A stretch of DNA of 64,000 nt from assembly GCA_046045965.1 (NCBI GenBank), contig JBJOKS010000012.1, forward strand, positions 1 through 64,000, given 5' to 3'. A model generated the notes under the pieces. It had not been told where the DNA came from and made no database searches. It worked only from the letters and a program-made list of their open reading frames with translations. Shown piece after piece: positions 53,442-63,091 of this stretch. The position numbers and the translations under genes were made by a program. This stretch comes from Cyanobacteriota bacterium (GTDB lineage: Bacteria > Cyanobacteriota > Cyanobacteriia > Cyanobacteriales > Nostocaceae). Within the stretch, counting starts at the first letter, position 1. Each line of letters starts with the position of its first letter.

Positions 53442-54740
53442 GTGGCACAAGTTGTATTAGAAAACGTTTATAAAAGTTTTCCTCCCCGGAAGGGGGAAAG
53501 TCTGACTACACAACAGTCATCACCAGAAAAAGAGGGTGCAGATAGTATTAATGTCCTCAGACGCATTAATTTAACCATCGCTGATGGTGAATTTATGGTA
53601 TTGGTGGGTCCTTCTGGTTGCGGTAAAAGTACCTTGCTGCGCTTAATAGCAGGGTTAGAGGTGATGACTGGTGGTAATATTTGGGTGGGCGATAGCGAAG
53701 CTGACCAAAAGTATCGCTTAATTAATGATTTACCCCCGAAAGAAAGAGACATCGCTATGGTGTTTCAAAATTATGCCCTCTATCCCCACATGAGTGTTTA
53801 TGACAATATCGCCTTTGGGTTGCGTCGTCGTTTAGGATCTCAAGACACAACTTCTTCACCTCTGGTTCGTCAGTGGGGGGAAAAATTGCTAGTGGGAGTA
53901 ACGAAAAAACTACCCAAAGGACTGCGTTATATTTCTCAAAAAGAACGCACAATAGAACAACAAGTGTTAAATGTTGCCCAATTATTACAAATTGAAAATT
54001 TATTAAATCGCTTACCTAAACAGTTATCCGGGGGACAAAGACAACGGGTAGCATTAGGGAGAGCGATCGCCCGTAACCCCCAAGTATTTTTAATGGATGA
54101 ACCATTATCTAACTTAGATGCTAAATTACGGGCAGAAACCCGCACCCAAATAGTTAAACTTCAGCGTCAGTTGGGAACAACAACAATTTACGTTACCCAT
54201 GATCAAACTGAAGCTATGACAATGGGCGATCGCATTGCCATCATGTATGGCGGACAAATTCAACAAGTTGCCCCACCCTTAGAATTATATAATTATCCTG
54301 CGAATCGGTTTGTAGCCGAATTTATTGGTTCACCACCAATGAATTTTATCCCGGTAGAATTTCACGCACCTTTATTAATTACCCATGCTAATTTTCGCTT
54401 TACCCTCCCAGAAGCATGGGGAAAAGCACTGCAAAAATACGATGGACAAACTGTAATTTTAGGTATTCGTCCAGAACACTTGAGTTTAAGTGTACCAGCA
54501 ACCAAAAATTTACCAGTAAAAGTAGATTTAGTAGAAAATTTAGGAAATGATAGTTTTCTTGCTGTAAGAATATCTGACCCTGATTTAACAAATTCAGATG
54601 GTCAAACCTTACAAGTACGAATTCCCCCAGATAGATTCATCAGTTTGGGTGAGCAACTTTGGTTATCATTGGTTCCTGAAAAACTGCACTTTTTTGACCC
54701 AGAAACCGAGTTAGCCATATTTCCTAAAAGCAGGGAATAG
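53442..54740 (+). CDS. MalK/UgpC-type sugar ABC transporter ATPase (possibly GlsC-like)
   Basis: GPSGCGKS, VFQNYALYPH, LSGGQRQR, DEPLSNLD. Confidence 0.93.
   Translation: MAQVVLENVYKSFPPRKGESLTTQQSSPEKEGADSINVLRRINLTIADGEFMVLVGPSGCGKSTLLRLIAGLEVMTGGNIWVGDSEADQKYRLINDLPPKERDIAMVFQNYALYPHMSVYDNIAFGLRRRLGSQDTTSSPLVRQWGEKLLVGVTKKLPKGLRYISQKERTIEQQVLNVAQLLQIENLLNRLPKQLSGGQRQRVALGRAIARNPQVFLMDEPLSNLDAKLRAETRTQIVKLQRQLGTTTIYVTHDQTEAMTMGDRIAIMYGGQIQQVAPPLELYNYPANRFVAEFIGSPPMNFIPVEFHAPLLITHANFRFTLPEAWGKALQKYDGQTVILGIRPEHLSLSVPATKNLPVKVDLVENLGNDSFLAVRISDPDLTNSDGQTLQVRIPPDRFISLGEQLWLSLVPEKLHFFDPETELAIFPKSRE
53689..53717. mobile_element. 21-nt small dispersed repeat inserted in frame into a HIP1 site
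   Basis: Removing 21 nt restores GCGATCGC and the peptide WVGDRLIND. Confidence 0.7.
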
Positions 54741-54770
54741 GGAGATGGGGAGATGGGGGGAAATATTTAC

Positions 54771-54803
<33 letters not shown>

Positions 54804-54848
54804 TGAACTTTGTTTGGTGTTGAGATTATTAACTATCATTATTGTCGG

Positions 54849-55235
54849 CTATGCCAACTTCTTCTCCCTATGGCTATTACGTACTTCTGTTTTTTGCTTA
54901 CTCCCAACTTCCAGATAAGCTATATCCTTAATTTTTTTGCTCAAGCTGCTAGGTGCTAAATGAGTATCAGACCTTTTCTCAGTTGGTGATGTGGCAATTT
55001 TCAGAGTTTCATTCGGTTGAGAGTTTGACCGACTGTTGCGGGAGTTTTCTTTGAGTAGTCGGTTATAAGTACGGTAAGGAATGTAATGCAGAGGATTGTA
55101 ACCCACAAACCGCAGCATTAACACACAAGCCCAGGAATACTTACCAGCGAGAATAGCTTCTACTACTTGGTCGAACTGCTCAGGATTGATTTTTTTATCA
55201 GGGAGTCCACTATTGCCAGAAATATCTTGATTCAT
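54849..55235 (-). CDS. hetP: Heterocyst commitment protein HetP family
   Basis: EAILAGKYSWACVLMLRF.GYNPLHYIPYRTYNRLLKEN signature. Confidence 0.92.
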   Translation of the reverse strand: MNQDISGNSGLPDKKINPEQFDQVVEAILAGKYSWACVLMLRFVGYNPLHYIPYRTYNRLLKENSRNSRSNSQPNETLKIATSPTEKRSDTHLAPSSLSKKIKDIAYLEVGSKQKTEVRNSHREKKLA

Positions 55236-55526
55236 GGTGAGTTTTAGTTTTATTTCAATGAGGTAAACTAGTCGAGTTTCGCCGAGTGTTATTCTGTCAA
55301 GTGCTATTTACAAACTGCATACAAAAACTGCAATACCAGTCCACCACACCAACATTTATGGGTTGATAATGCGTACCTTCACCCAGCAATTTTGGTTTGG
55401 TTGATTAATAGTTTTGCGGCAGTTGTTGAATTAATTACAGGAATATATTGGTAATAGATGAGTAGCGAATGTTGAAAAATATAGATTCACCTGTTCAACA
55501 GGCACATCCAGAAATTTCGCAACTTC

Positions 55527-56090
55527 TCAGCACTTCCCGTAACTAAGAGTAAAAAAGCTATTGCTAAAACTGCTCTGTTGTGTTCGTTGCATCCAGATAC
55601 TATGGAGCCAAGTTTTAGTTTTCGCAATTTTTACCGCTAACTGGGTCGTTTTCCGTATGTTGGGGAGAAACTTCCATAAACTAACTTTCAAAACTAAGGT
55701 GCTTGGGGTTGCTTGTTCTGCTTTAGCTTTCATCTTCCCCAGGGTCCTAGTCATCCAAGTTGTGATTTGTTTTTCTGGGATGTGACTGACTTGTGCAGTG
55801 TTTCCTGTACACTCCCACATCACAACTCTGGGCAAAATATCTAACTTCTTCTCCCAAACTACATACAGAAGGGCTGAAAGTGCCTTATTCTCGCAGGATG
55901 TTGACTTGTTGCTGTTATTTTTAATTACTATGTCGCTACTTTTTGGTAGGACTGATAAATTTACTTTTGGTGAAAGTACGGAACTTTCTGCAATGGATGC
56001 CTGACGAGAATGTAATTCAGAGTGTTGTCTCTCTAAATTATTTCGTTGGCTTGGTGTTTCGACTGCAATTGACCTGATGATTTGTTTCAT
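55527..56090 (-). CDS. Hypothetical basic Ser/Lys-rich protein between the HetR box and hetP
   Basis: 187-codon ORF with ATG; no recognisable family. Confidence 0.45.
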   Translation of the reverse strand: MKQIIRSIAVETPSQRNNLERQHSELHSRQASIAESSVLSPKVNLSVLPKSSDIVIKNNSNKSTSCENKALSALLYVVWEKKLDILPRVVMWECTGNTAQVSHIPEKQITTWMTRTLGKMKAKAEQATPSTLVLKVSLWKFLPNIRKTTQLAVKIAKTKTWLHSIWMQRTQQSSFSNSFFTLSYGKC

Positions 56091-56596
56091 GACCTGACCT
56101 GTGATTGAAAACCTGACTGTTTTTAATCAAGTCTGTGTGCTGCTTTGCTGTATGACCCTGTTGTGCAGTTTTGTAACCTGGTAGCTTTGGTTGCTGGTAA
56201 AAGCAACTGCTATTGGTTACTTATGTTCTGTGATTTTTGCTGACTCTTGAATGAAAGGTAAAAATTTACCCTCTTTCTCTCATCTAGCAGGTTTAGTAGA
56301 TGCAGTTGTGTCCTTTAAAAATTCCACAAGCTGTAATTCAATAGATTTTCCCTGGATATTATTGTATAACTTACCGCCGAAAATTAGGAAGGCTTTTCAG
56401 TAAAGTCTCATAATTTTCAATTCGGCCGAGAAGATGATTCATATTTGCTTCTCACAAGCTACATTCGTATTTATACTATTTTTTCTCGCCAATGTCATCT
56501 GCCACTTTGGCAGTCTTATAAGTTAAATTTACTGAATATCTCAAAATGTTCATTTAGGCATTGTGCAACTTTGACTTTTGTCCCAAATTTATCAAA

Positions 56597-56623
56597 AAAA
56601 TGAGGGGTGTTACCCCTCATTTT
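56597..56623. promoter_or_regulatory. HetR-binding inverted repeat
   Basis: AAAATGAGGGGT-GTT-ACCCCTCATTTT; the core differs only in the centre from the recalled PCC 7120 hetP site GAGGGGTCTAACCCCTC. Confidence 0.8.
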
Positions 56624-57201
56624 GGGTAATTTAAAAAGTGTATTATGTTTAATTTTTCAGCAAATATTACTATTAAGTAAACCTTGTAAACCTTATAAAT
56701 CAAGAATTTTAGGCATTTTTGTAAAAACTCAATCCTCTATTTTGAGGTAAATTACTCTGAACTGTTTAGTGATTATATATTGTTATATGTTTTGTTTAAA
56801 GGTCTGATCGGAAAATCATTCTAGTTACACCTATCCTCAATAGGAGCTTGTGAATACAGAGTAATAATTGTATAGCAAACAGTCAGATCATCTAGACAAT
56901 AAGTTGTTGCTGATACTATTTTATGATATGCTATATTCAGCATCTCTATCAGACAAAGTTACATACAAGAACACACCCTTAAGCGGGCGTATTAACAAAA
57001 AAAATAACAGGCTTAACCTGCACTTAATCATACAATTACACCGCTAAATAAAAATTAAGCGACAAAATATTATTTTGAATTTATTTACAAATAATTTTTA
57101 GTTTTTATGAAGCAAATTAACCAAGATGATAATTGTCATCTCAATTTTCTTAATTGCAAATGTAAAGGGTTAATTATTATTAGTTGGTATCTAAAGCATT
57201 C

Positions 57202-57215
57202 GTAATAAATGATAC
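57202..57215. promoter_or_regulatory. Candidate NtcA site
   Basis: GTA-ATAAATGA-TAC (GTA-N8-TAC); no clean TAN3T at 22 nt. Confidence 0.35.
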
Positions 57216-58117
57216 TTTGTTTTCAGCCACAATTTAGTCAGGATGGAACAAAGTTGATGAGTAATGAGGTTAGTTGGTCTGGTAATATGCCAAGCTTGAA
57301 GGTTAAGAGGTAATTAACATCGTCTTTGACTTGCCAATCAGAACCAAAGGAGTTAGAATATAATTCCGAATCACCCAAACTCGTTTCTACTGGTAGAGGG
57401 TGAGGCTGCTTGCGAACCTGACTCAATCAATATAACTGCTGCTGCTTTCGCTTTCCCTACATAGACCTAGATTTTATTTTCCAGTGGCTTTTTGTAAGTC
57501 AAAGTTGATAAAACACAATTAACCGCAATATCCTATTGCATCTGACACTAGACCATTGATCATCCTGTGTTTTTTACATAATGTTCTATGGGTGAGATAA
57601 ATTTTCCTGGTGGTGTATTTGGTATTCATTTTTCTAGTTTTCCTTTAGCTCCCTGGTGATAGATGTTTGAAAAATGCTACTAAGGCTTTGTTGTATGGTT
57701 TTACGTTTTTAAAACGACTGTGCTTGTACAAAAAATTTGCTCATCATAGATTTTTTTTCAGGGAATAAATAAACAGGGCATATTTTTAGACATGGTATGG
57801 AGGTTTAAAACTTTCAACTATTATCATTTCTTATTTTTTCTAAGGTTTCCGGGAATAACCGGAAAATAATATCATATTTTACTCGGATTCTTTTATCAAA
57901 AAATAGGCTGAAAACCTACCAACTAAACCCTGAAAACCAAAAAGATTTCAGGTTTACGGTCTTTTAGGGGTGGGAGTTGGTCAAAGACAAATCTTAAGAA
58001 AATGTGTAATTTTTAATTACGGTTTGTCAATAAGCTTATAGGGGGAGATGGGGAGATGGGGAGAATAACTTTCTACCTGTTACCTATTCCCTATTCCCTA
58101 TTCCCTTTTATACGTTA

Positions 58118-60523
58118 TTAAAAACAAAGGTAAACTGCCCAAATAGCCATTGCGCGGAGATATGTACTAGCGCGGAAAGTACCAGCAGAGGTAATAGCTT
58201 CTGGGGTGCGGAATTGTAATCCATTGTCGTATATTTGCCTAACTACAGCCTCAGTTAAACGCAGACCTTCATTTTTCATCCCCATCTGTAATAAAAATGC
58301 AGCCAAACCAAAATTGATACCCGTCCAAACTTCCAGAGGATGAGTAGCGTTAGGGTTTTCAGGAGAACCATCAGGAAGCACACCATTAGCAGCACCAAAC
58401 TTACCATCTTGGAACTTCAAAAAACAGGCCTCATATACAGTAGTTAAAGCAGAAAGGGCGCGATCGCTCGGTACAATATCTGGTAAATTGAGTAAACGAG
58501 CGTAAAACTGCCCACATAACTGATCAGCCATCACCACATGAGAACCACTTTCACTATCCAAACGGTAAAACTGACCATTCCACAGCTTTTCTTGATAAAT
58601 AGGTTTAGCTTGCTGTAACCAACCTTGATAAATTAACCTCCGTTCCTCTGCGTCCTCTGCGCCTCTGCGGTTCGTTAAAATATCACAAATAGCAATGGCC
58701 GCCTCCAAAGCTGCTAACCACAACCCCCCACAATAAGCACTAACACCATTTAACCGCCAATCATCAAAAGTTTGGTCAGGTGCGCCAGAATTTTCTGGAA
58801 TACCATCCCCATCTAAATCAAATTGTTTCACATAATCCAAAGTTTGCACAATGGCATCCCAACATTCTGCCAAAAACTCGATGTCATTGGTAAAAAGGTA
58901 GTCGCGGTATACTTGCAATACAAAATCAGAACCTAAGTCTTTCCACAAATTGCAATCTTGATAAGCGGTATAATTAGTTCTTTCCCAAACGTGTTCATTA
59001 GGTGCGCCTAAGTCGTGGGGTGTAGCACCTGCTACCTTACGGATAGCTTGGGGACTTTCAGCGTTGATGGTGAGATAATAACCGATAATTCTAGTTCTAT
59101 CATCACTTTGGGGAATTGCTCTAGCGAAGGCACGAATTACGGCTTTTTCTAGTTCTGGGTATAACATTAATAACCCGAAAGAACCGTATAACCGCACATC
59201 TAAACTTTCATACCAGCGGTAATCAAAACATTCTAACACTGCAAATTGGCCGATGGGGTCTTTTTCTGTGGCTGCACTCCAGAGAGTACCACCGCTGGTT
59301 AAGTCGTAGAGTTCGTTAAATAAGGCCATTTTCAACCAGTCGGGTAAGTCTTCCCGGTTTAAAATGGGTTGTTGCCAGTTTTGGATTTGCGATCGCCAGT
59401 TATGATATTCTTTCAGTGCAGTAGTCGCAATTTGCCAAGCGTTATCACCACTACAACCAAAAAAGTCTGTATATCTGCGATTATAGTTTACACCTTGAGC
59501 AAATTCTGTAATTGGAAAATCCCAACTTAACACAAAAGGAACTTCTAAAGTTTCTCCTGGTTGCAAAGTGAAACGTACAGCAACAGCAGCACCTAAACGA
59601 GTATTTTCATCTGCGGGAGTTTCATCTAAATAATTAGTTAAAGAACCATCTTGAGAGAAACTATTCCAAATTTCCTCACCATTTCCTAAAGTGTTAAAAC
59701 GAGAATGATAGAATAATTCAACTAGGGGATTTTTAAGAGTAGCAATACACCATGTTCCGTCACCTTCTTGGACAGTTTCATTATTATCAACTCGACCTAA
59801 AACACAACCTAAATATTTATCATCTTCTGCTAACCAATTATAGTTATTTTTGCTTTCTCCCCAACGTGGTTTATATTCATAAACAGGACTACCATCATTT
59901 CTAAATTCCACTTTAGGAGATTTTAAAGAATTGGTAAACCAACCACTCATATTTTCCCAAGTTAGCATAATGCTAATAGTAATTGGTTGGTTTGTTGGGT
60001 TGTGTGCAGTCCATAAAAAAACCGCTACAGGATAACTTGTTTCTTGGTAATTATTAGCCCAGATAGGTGAAAATTGTTCACAGGTTAATTGAATTGGAAA
60101 AACATTTTCATAGACAAACCAACTGCGGGGATAAAGTGCATGATAAGTTCCTGTTTCTTGTGGGGTGGGCATCTTGCCCGCCTCTAATTCTGATACATTT
60201 GAAATATTAGGATACCATTGCCAAGTTTGTAATGTGTTATCTTCTGGGGGTTGGGTGGATAATGCGTAGGTTTTATCTGATGTAAAGATGCTAAATTGAC
60301 AAGCGGGAACGTTTTTAAATGTATGTTCACCGCCGTCTATTTGCCATAAATTGAAGTCTCCGCGTGAGGAACGGCCGATACAACCTGCACCAAAACCACC
60401 TAATGGCATTCCGTGAAATGGTCCATCGTCGAGGTTGCTGGGGTTGCGGACGGTGTAGGGTTTTTCCCATCCTAAACCGATGGGACGTTTCCAGGTGTAG
60501 GGGGGTATTTTTGGGTTGTTCAT
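58118..60523 (-). CDS. GH116 glycoside hydrolase (GBA2-like beta-glucosidase)
   Basis: GMPLGGFGAG.IGR, PDQTFDDW, FRTPEA, YLRAMAIW. Confidence 0.92.
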   Translation of the reverse strand: MNNPKIPPYTWKRPIGLGWEKPYTVRNPSNLDDGPFHGMPLGGFGAGCIGRSSRGDFNLWQIDGGEHTFKNVPACQFSIFTSDKTYALSTQPPEDNTLQTWQWYPNISNVSELEAGKMPTPQETGTYHALYPRSWFVYENVFPIQLTCEQFSPIWANNYQETSYPVAVFLWTAHNPTNQPITISIMLTWENMSGWFTNSLKSPKVEFRNDGSPVYEYKPRWGESKNNYNWLAEDDKYLGCVLGRVDNNETVQEGDGTWCIATLKNPLVELFYHSRFNTLGNGEEIWNSFSQDGSLTNYLDETPADENTRLGAAVAVRFTLQPGETLEVPFVLSWDFPITEFAQGVNYNRRYTDFFGCSGDNAWQIATTALKEYHNWRSQIQNWQQPILNREDLPDWLKMALFNELYDLTSGGTLWSAATEKDPIGQFAVLECFDYRWYESLDVRLYGSFGLLMLYPELEKAVIRAFARAIPQSDDRTRIIGYYLTINAESPQAIRKVAGATPHDLGAPNEHVWERTNYTAYQDCNLWKDLGSDFVLQVYRDYLFTNDIEFLAECWDAIVQTLDYVKQFDLDGDGIPENSGAPDQTFDDWRLNGVSAYCGGLWLAALEAAIAICDILTNRRGAEDAEERRLIYQGWLQQAKPIYQEKLWNGQFYRLDSESGSHVVMADQLCGQFYARLLNLPDIVPSDRALSALTTVYEACFLKFQDGKFGAANGVLPDGSPENPNATHPLEVWTGINFGLAAFLLQMGMKNEGLRLTEAVVRQIYDNGLQFRTPEAITSAGTFRASTYLRAMAIWAVYLCF

Positions 60524-60797
60524 GGTTTTGGGGATGATATTTTTGATGCTAATGCAGGGTAGCTGTTTATGTGGTTTTTTTCAAGTGTTTTGATTTGGAA
60601 ATAACGAACCGCTCCAGACGCAGAGGACGCAGAGAGGAGGAGAGGGTTTTATTTCGCGCAAAGTCGCTAAGGAGCAAAGGCGCAAAGGTTTGGTTGATGG
60701 ATAGTAATTTTAGGGGTTTTGTATGATAAAATAAGGATTGTTTGTTGGAGCATTTGTGAAAATATTGATGTTGAGTTAATTTGAGGTTAATACAAAT

Positions 60798-61316
60798 ATG
60801 ACACAGGAATTAATAGACCTCAGAAATTGTATTTTAGAACAGCGTTATAGTGATGCTTTAGCTATTGTGGATGAGTTGGAGGGGATGAGTAAACAGGCTA
60901 TTATTAGAAATATTCTGTCTTTTGTGAATATTTTGTTAATTCATTTGATTAAAAATCAGATTGAAGAAAGATTAACTAATTCTTGGGCTACATCTATCCG
61001 TAATTCTATTATGGAAATTCACAAATTGAATCTCAAGGAAAATAAAAAATCATATTATGTTGATGTTGATGAATGGGAAGATTTAATTTTAGAAGAAGTA
61101 ATAGAGAAAGCTATTGCTGATGCTAGTGATGAGGTTTTAAATGGTGCATATAATCAATTTCAATTAGAGGAAATGATTGATAAAACGGAGTTGATAGCAA
61201 AAGGTTGTCAATTTTTAAGTTTGACTTATGAACATTCTGCGAAAACTTTACCGAAAGCTATAGCGGAAGTTTTAATACAGTTACCAGGTGGGGAAAGTTG
61301 GTTTTATCGTAAGTAG
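60798..61316 (+). CDS. DUF29 family protein
   Basis: ELEGMSK...LLIHLIK..SW..SIRN. Confidence 0.8.
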   Translation: MTQELIDLRNCILEQRYSDALAIVDELEGMSKQAIIRNILSFVNILLIHLIKNQIEERLTNSWATSIRNSIMEIHKLNLKENKKSYYVDVDEWEDLILEEVIEKAIADASDEVLNGAYNQFQLEEMIDKTELIAKGCQFLSLTYEHSAKTLPKAIAEVLIQLPGGESWFYRK

Positions 61317-61447
61317 TTAAATAAGTCGGGGATCTGGGTATTAATAGTTTTATCATTTTGGTTTTTTGCTTCTTTCCCAAACTTTTGATGTTGGTGGTGG
61401 AGGTGATGATGGTTTTTCTATAATTTCAATACCTTTAATTAAATGTT

Positions 61448-61729
61448 CTATAGATCCTTCCATGCTTCGTATTCCTCTGGATCAAGCCAAACCTTATTTA
61501 ATGATGATTCACTTATTTCTAAAAATTCTTTAACTATTATTTTATCATCATCTATATCAACAGCTTGTAAATTTTTAACTACTTCTAATGGCAGTCCAGT
61601 TAGTTTAACGATAAAATCTAATTCAATACCTTCTCGTAACATATTTACAGCAACTTGGGTTAAACCTTGCTGTACACCTTTTTCCCATGCTTCCTGTAAT
61701 GTTTGCGCTGGAATTGATAGGTTATTCAT
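61448..61729 (-). CDS. Small hypothetical protein: Rpn-like C-terminal segment plus an antitoxin-like tail
   Basis: EKGVQQG...VAVNMLREG...IVKLTGL then SESSLNKVWLDPEEYEAWKDL. Confidence 0.6.
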   Translation of the reverse strand: MNNLSIPAQTLQEAWEKGVQQGLTQVAVNMLREGIELDFIVKLTGLPLEVVKNLQAVDIDDDKIIVKEFLEISESSLNKVWLDPEEYEAWKDL

Positions 61730-61732
61730 ATT

Positions 61733-61903
61733 CCAATACTTTTCGGTTAAACTCAAAACAACGAAATCACGTAGGTTGGGTTGTTCGCGTTAGCGTTGCG
61801 AAGCAATGGAACGAAACCCAACGTTTACAAGGGTTTGTTGGGTTTCCTATCGTCAACCCAACCTACATCATTATATTTTTTGGGCTTAACCGAAAAGTAT
61901 TGG
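61733..61903. mobile_element. MITE (171 bp, perfect 18-bp TIRs, 8-bp target-site duplication)
   Basis: TIR CCAATACTTTTCGGTTAA/TTAACCGAAAAGTATTGG; TTCATATT at 61725-61732 and 61904-61911. Confidence 0.9.
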
Positions 61904-62077
61904 TTCATATTCTTTGTATTTATGTAGTTGTATTTTTGTAACTTGATTATATTGTATCATAATAAAATGATGTTATTTTAATATCATGAGGCATAGCCTC
62001 TATCTATATGGCATTCTCAGTCGGAGACTGGAAGGGGAAGGAGGGGAAATTAATAAATGAAGTCGGGGATCTGAATT

Positions 62078-62923
62078 TTAATCTATCTCAGGTTCAACAC
62101 CTAAAGCACGTAGTTGGGCAATTAATTTTTCTGTTTTTTGTTTTTCCTGTTCTGCACGTTGTTTTTCCTGTTCTGCACGTTGTCTTTCTTGGTTTGCACG
62201 CTGTTTTTCCTGTTCTGCACGCTGTCTTTCTTGTTCTGCTTTTTCTCTTTCCTGTTCTGCGGGAGTTAATACCCAATTACCATTTTGATCATACCATCGT
62301 AACCAAGGCATTTGTACATTTTTATAGCTACCTTCCCAAATTCCTAAACCTAACTCTAACCCAGGAATCCAAAAACGAGAATTAGCATCTGAAGGTGTAG
62401 ATCGCAAAGTTTCAATATAGCGATCGCCTGTCAATTCAAACATTCTAAATTCTGATTGATAACGGTCAAAAATTGCATAATAAGGTATTCTTAAAATCTT
62501 TTCGTAAACTTCCCATTTACCAGGCGGTTTTTCTACATCTCGCAACATTTGACCTAAATCTTCTTTTTCCGTTCCTGGTGATAATAACTCTACCACAATA
62601 TAAGGATTAACAGATTCTTGCCAAACAACATAACTTAACCGCAAATCTCTTTTTTCATATAAATAAGGAACACCCACAACCGCAAACCAATCTGGGCGTT
62701 TATACCACAATGGATGACGAGAATCAAAATAAAGATTCATGTCACTTCCTGTAAATATTTCCTCATTTGGATAATTAGGAGGAATAAAAGTATCTGCTAA
62801 TAATTGTGGTTGTAATAAATGAAATTGATCTGGCAAACCTTTCTCCTCTGGATCTTCGCTAGGAAGATCATACATCGTCGGTAATGTTTCTTTTGCCGCT
62901 AAAGGTGGATCTGTTTGATACAT
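62078..62923 (-). CDS. Uma2 family protein with C-terminal heptad repeats
   Basis: RPDWFAV, VVELLSPGT, (AEQE[K/R]QR)n encoded by 21-bp repeats. Confidence 0.9.
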   Translation of the reverse strand: MYQTDPPLAAKETLPTMYDLPSEDPEEKGLPDQFHLLQPQLLADTFIPPNYPNEEIFTGSDMNLYFDSRHPLWYKRPDWFAVVGVPYLYEKRDLRLSYVVWQESVNPYIVVELLSPGTEKEDLGQMLRDVEKPPGKWEVYEKILRIPYYAIFDRYQSEFRMFELTGDRYIETLRSTPSDANSRFWIPGLELGLGIWEGSYKNVQMPWLRWYDQNGNWVLTPAEQEREKAEQERQRAEQEKQRANQERQRAEQEKQRAEQEKQKTEKLIAQLRALGVEPEID

Positions 62924-63091
62924 TTTTTAATGTCCTAAATATCAAACTTTTGTATTTTAATTATACTCTATCTATATTTGATATTTTTACTATTGGGTGT
63001 ACTTTTATTTTATAAAATCTAAATATTAACAGACAATTTATCAATAACCATCCTGTAAATCCTAAAATCCTGGACATCCTGATTCAGACAT

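Noticed and set aside
53291..53473. 60-aa ORF rich in SPASPT
   Set aside because: It is just the translation of a 9-bp tandem repeat
58006..58020. GTA...TAC as an NtcA site
   Set aside because: The spacer is 9 nt, not 8
62147..62260. Periodic repeats considered as a CRISPR array
   Set aside because: They are contiguous coding 21-mers with no unique spacers; no cas genes in the window
62008..62385. 125-aa plus-strand ORF and 60-aa ORF 62094-62276
   Set aside because: Shadow frames of the Uma2 21-bp repeats
62381..62427. Possible small repeat insertion (TLRSTPS) beside a HIP1 site in Uma2
   Set aside because: No second copy was found in the window to support it
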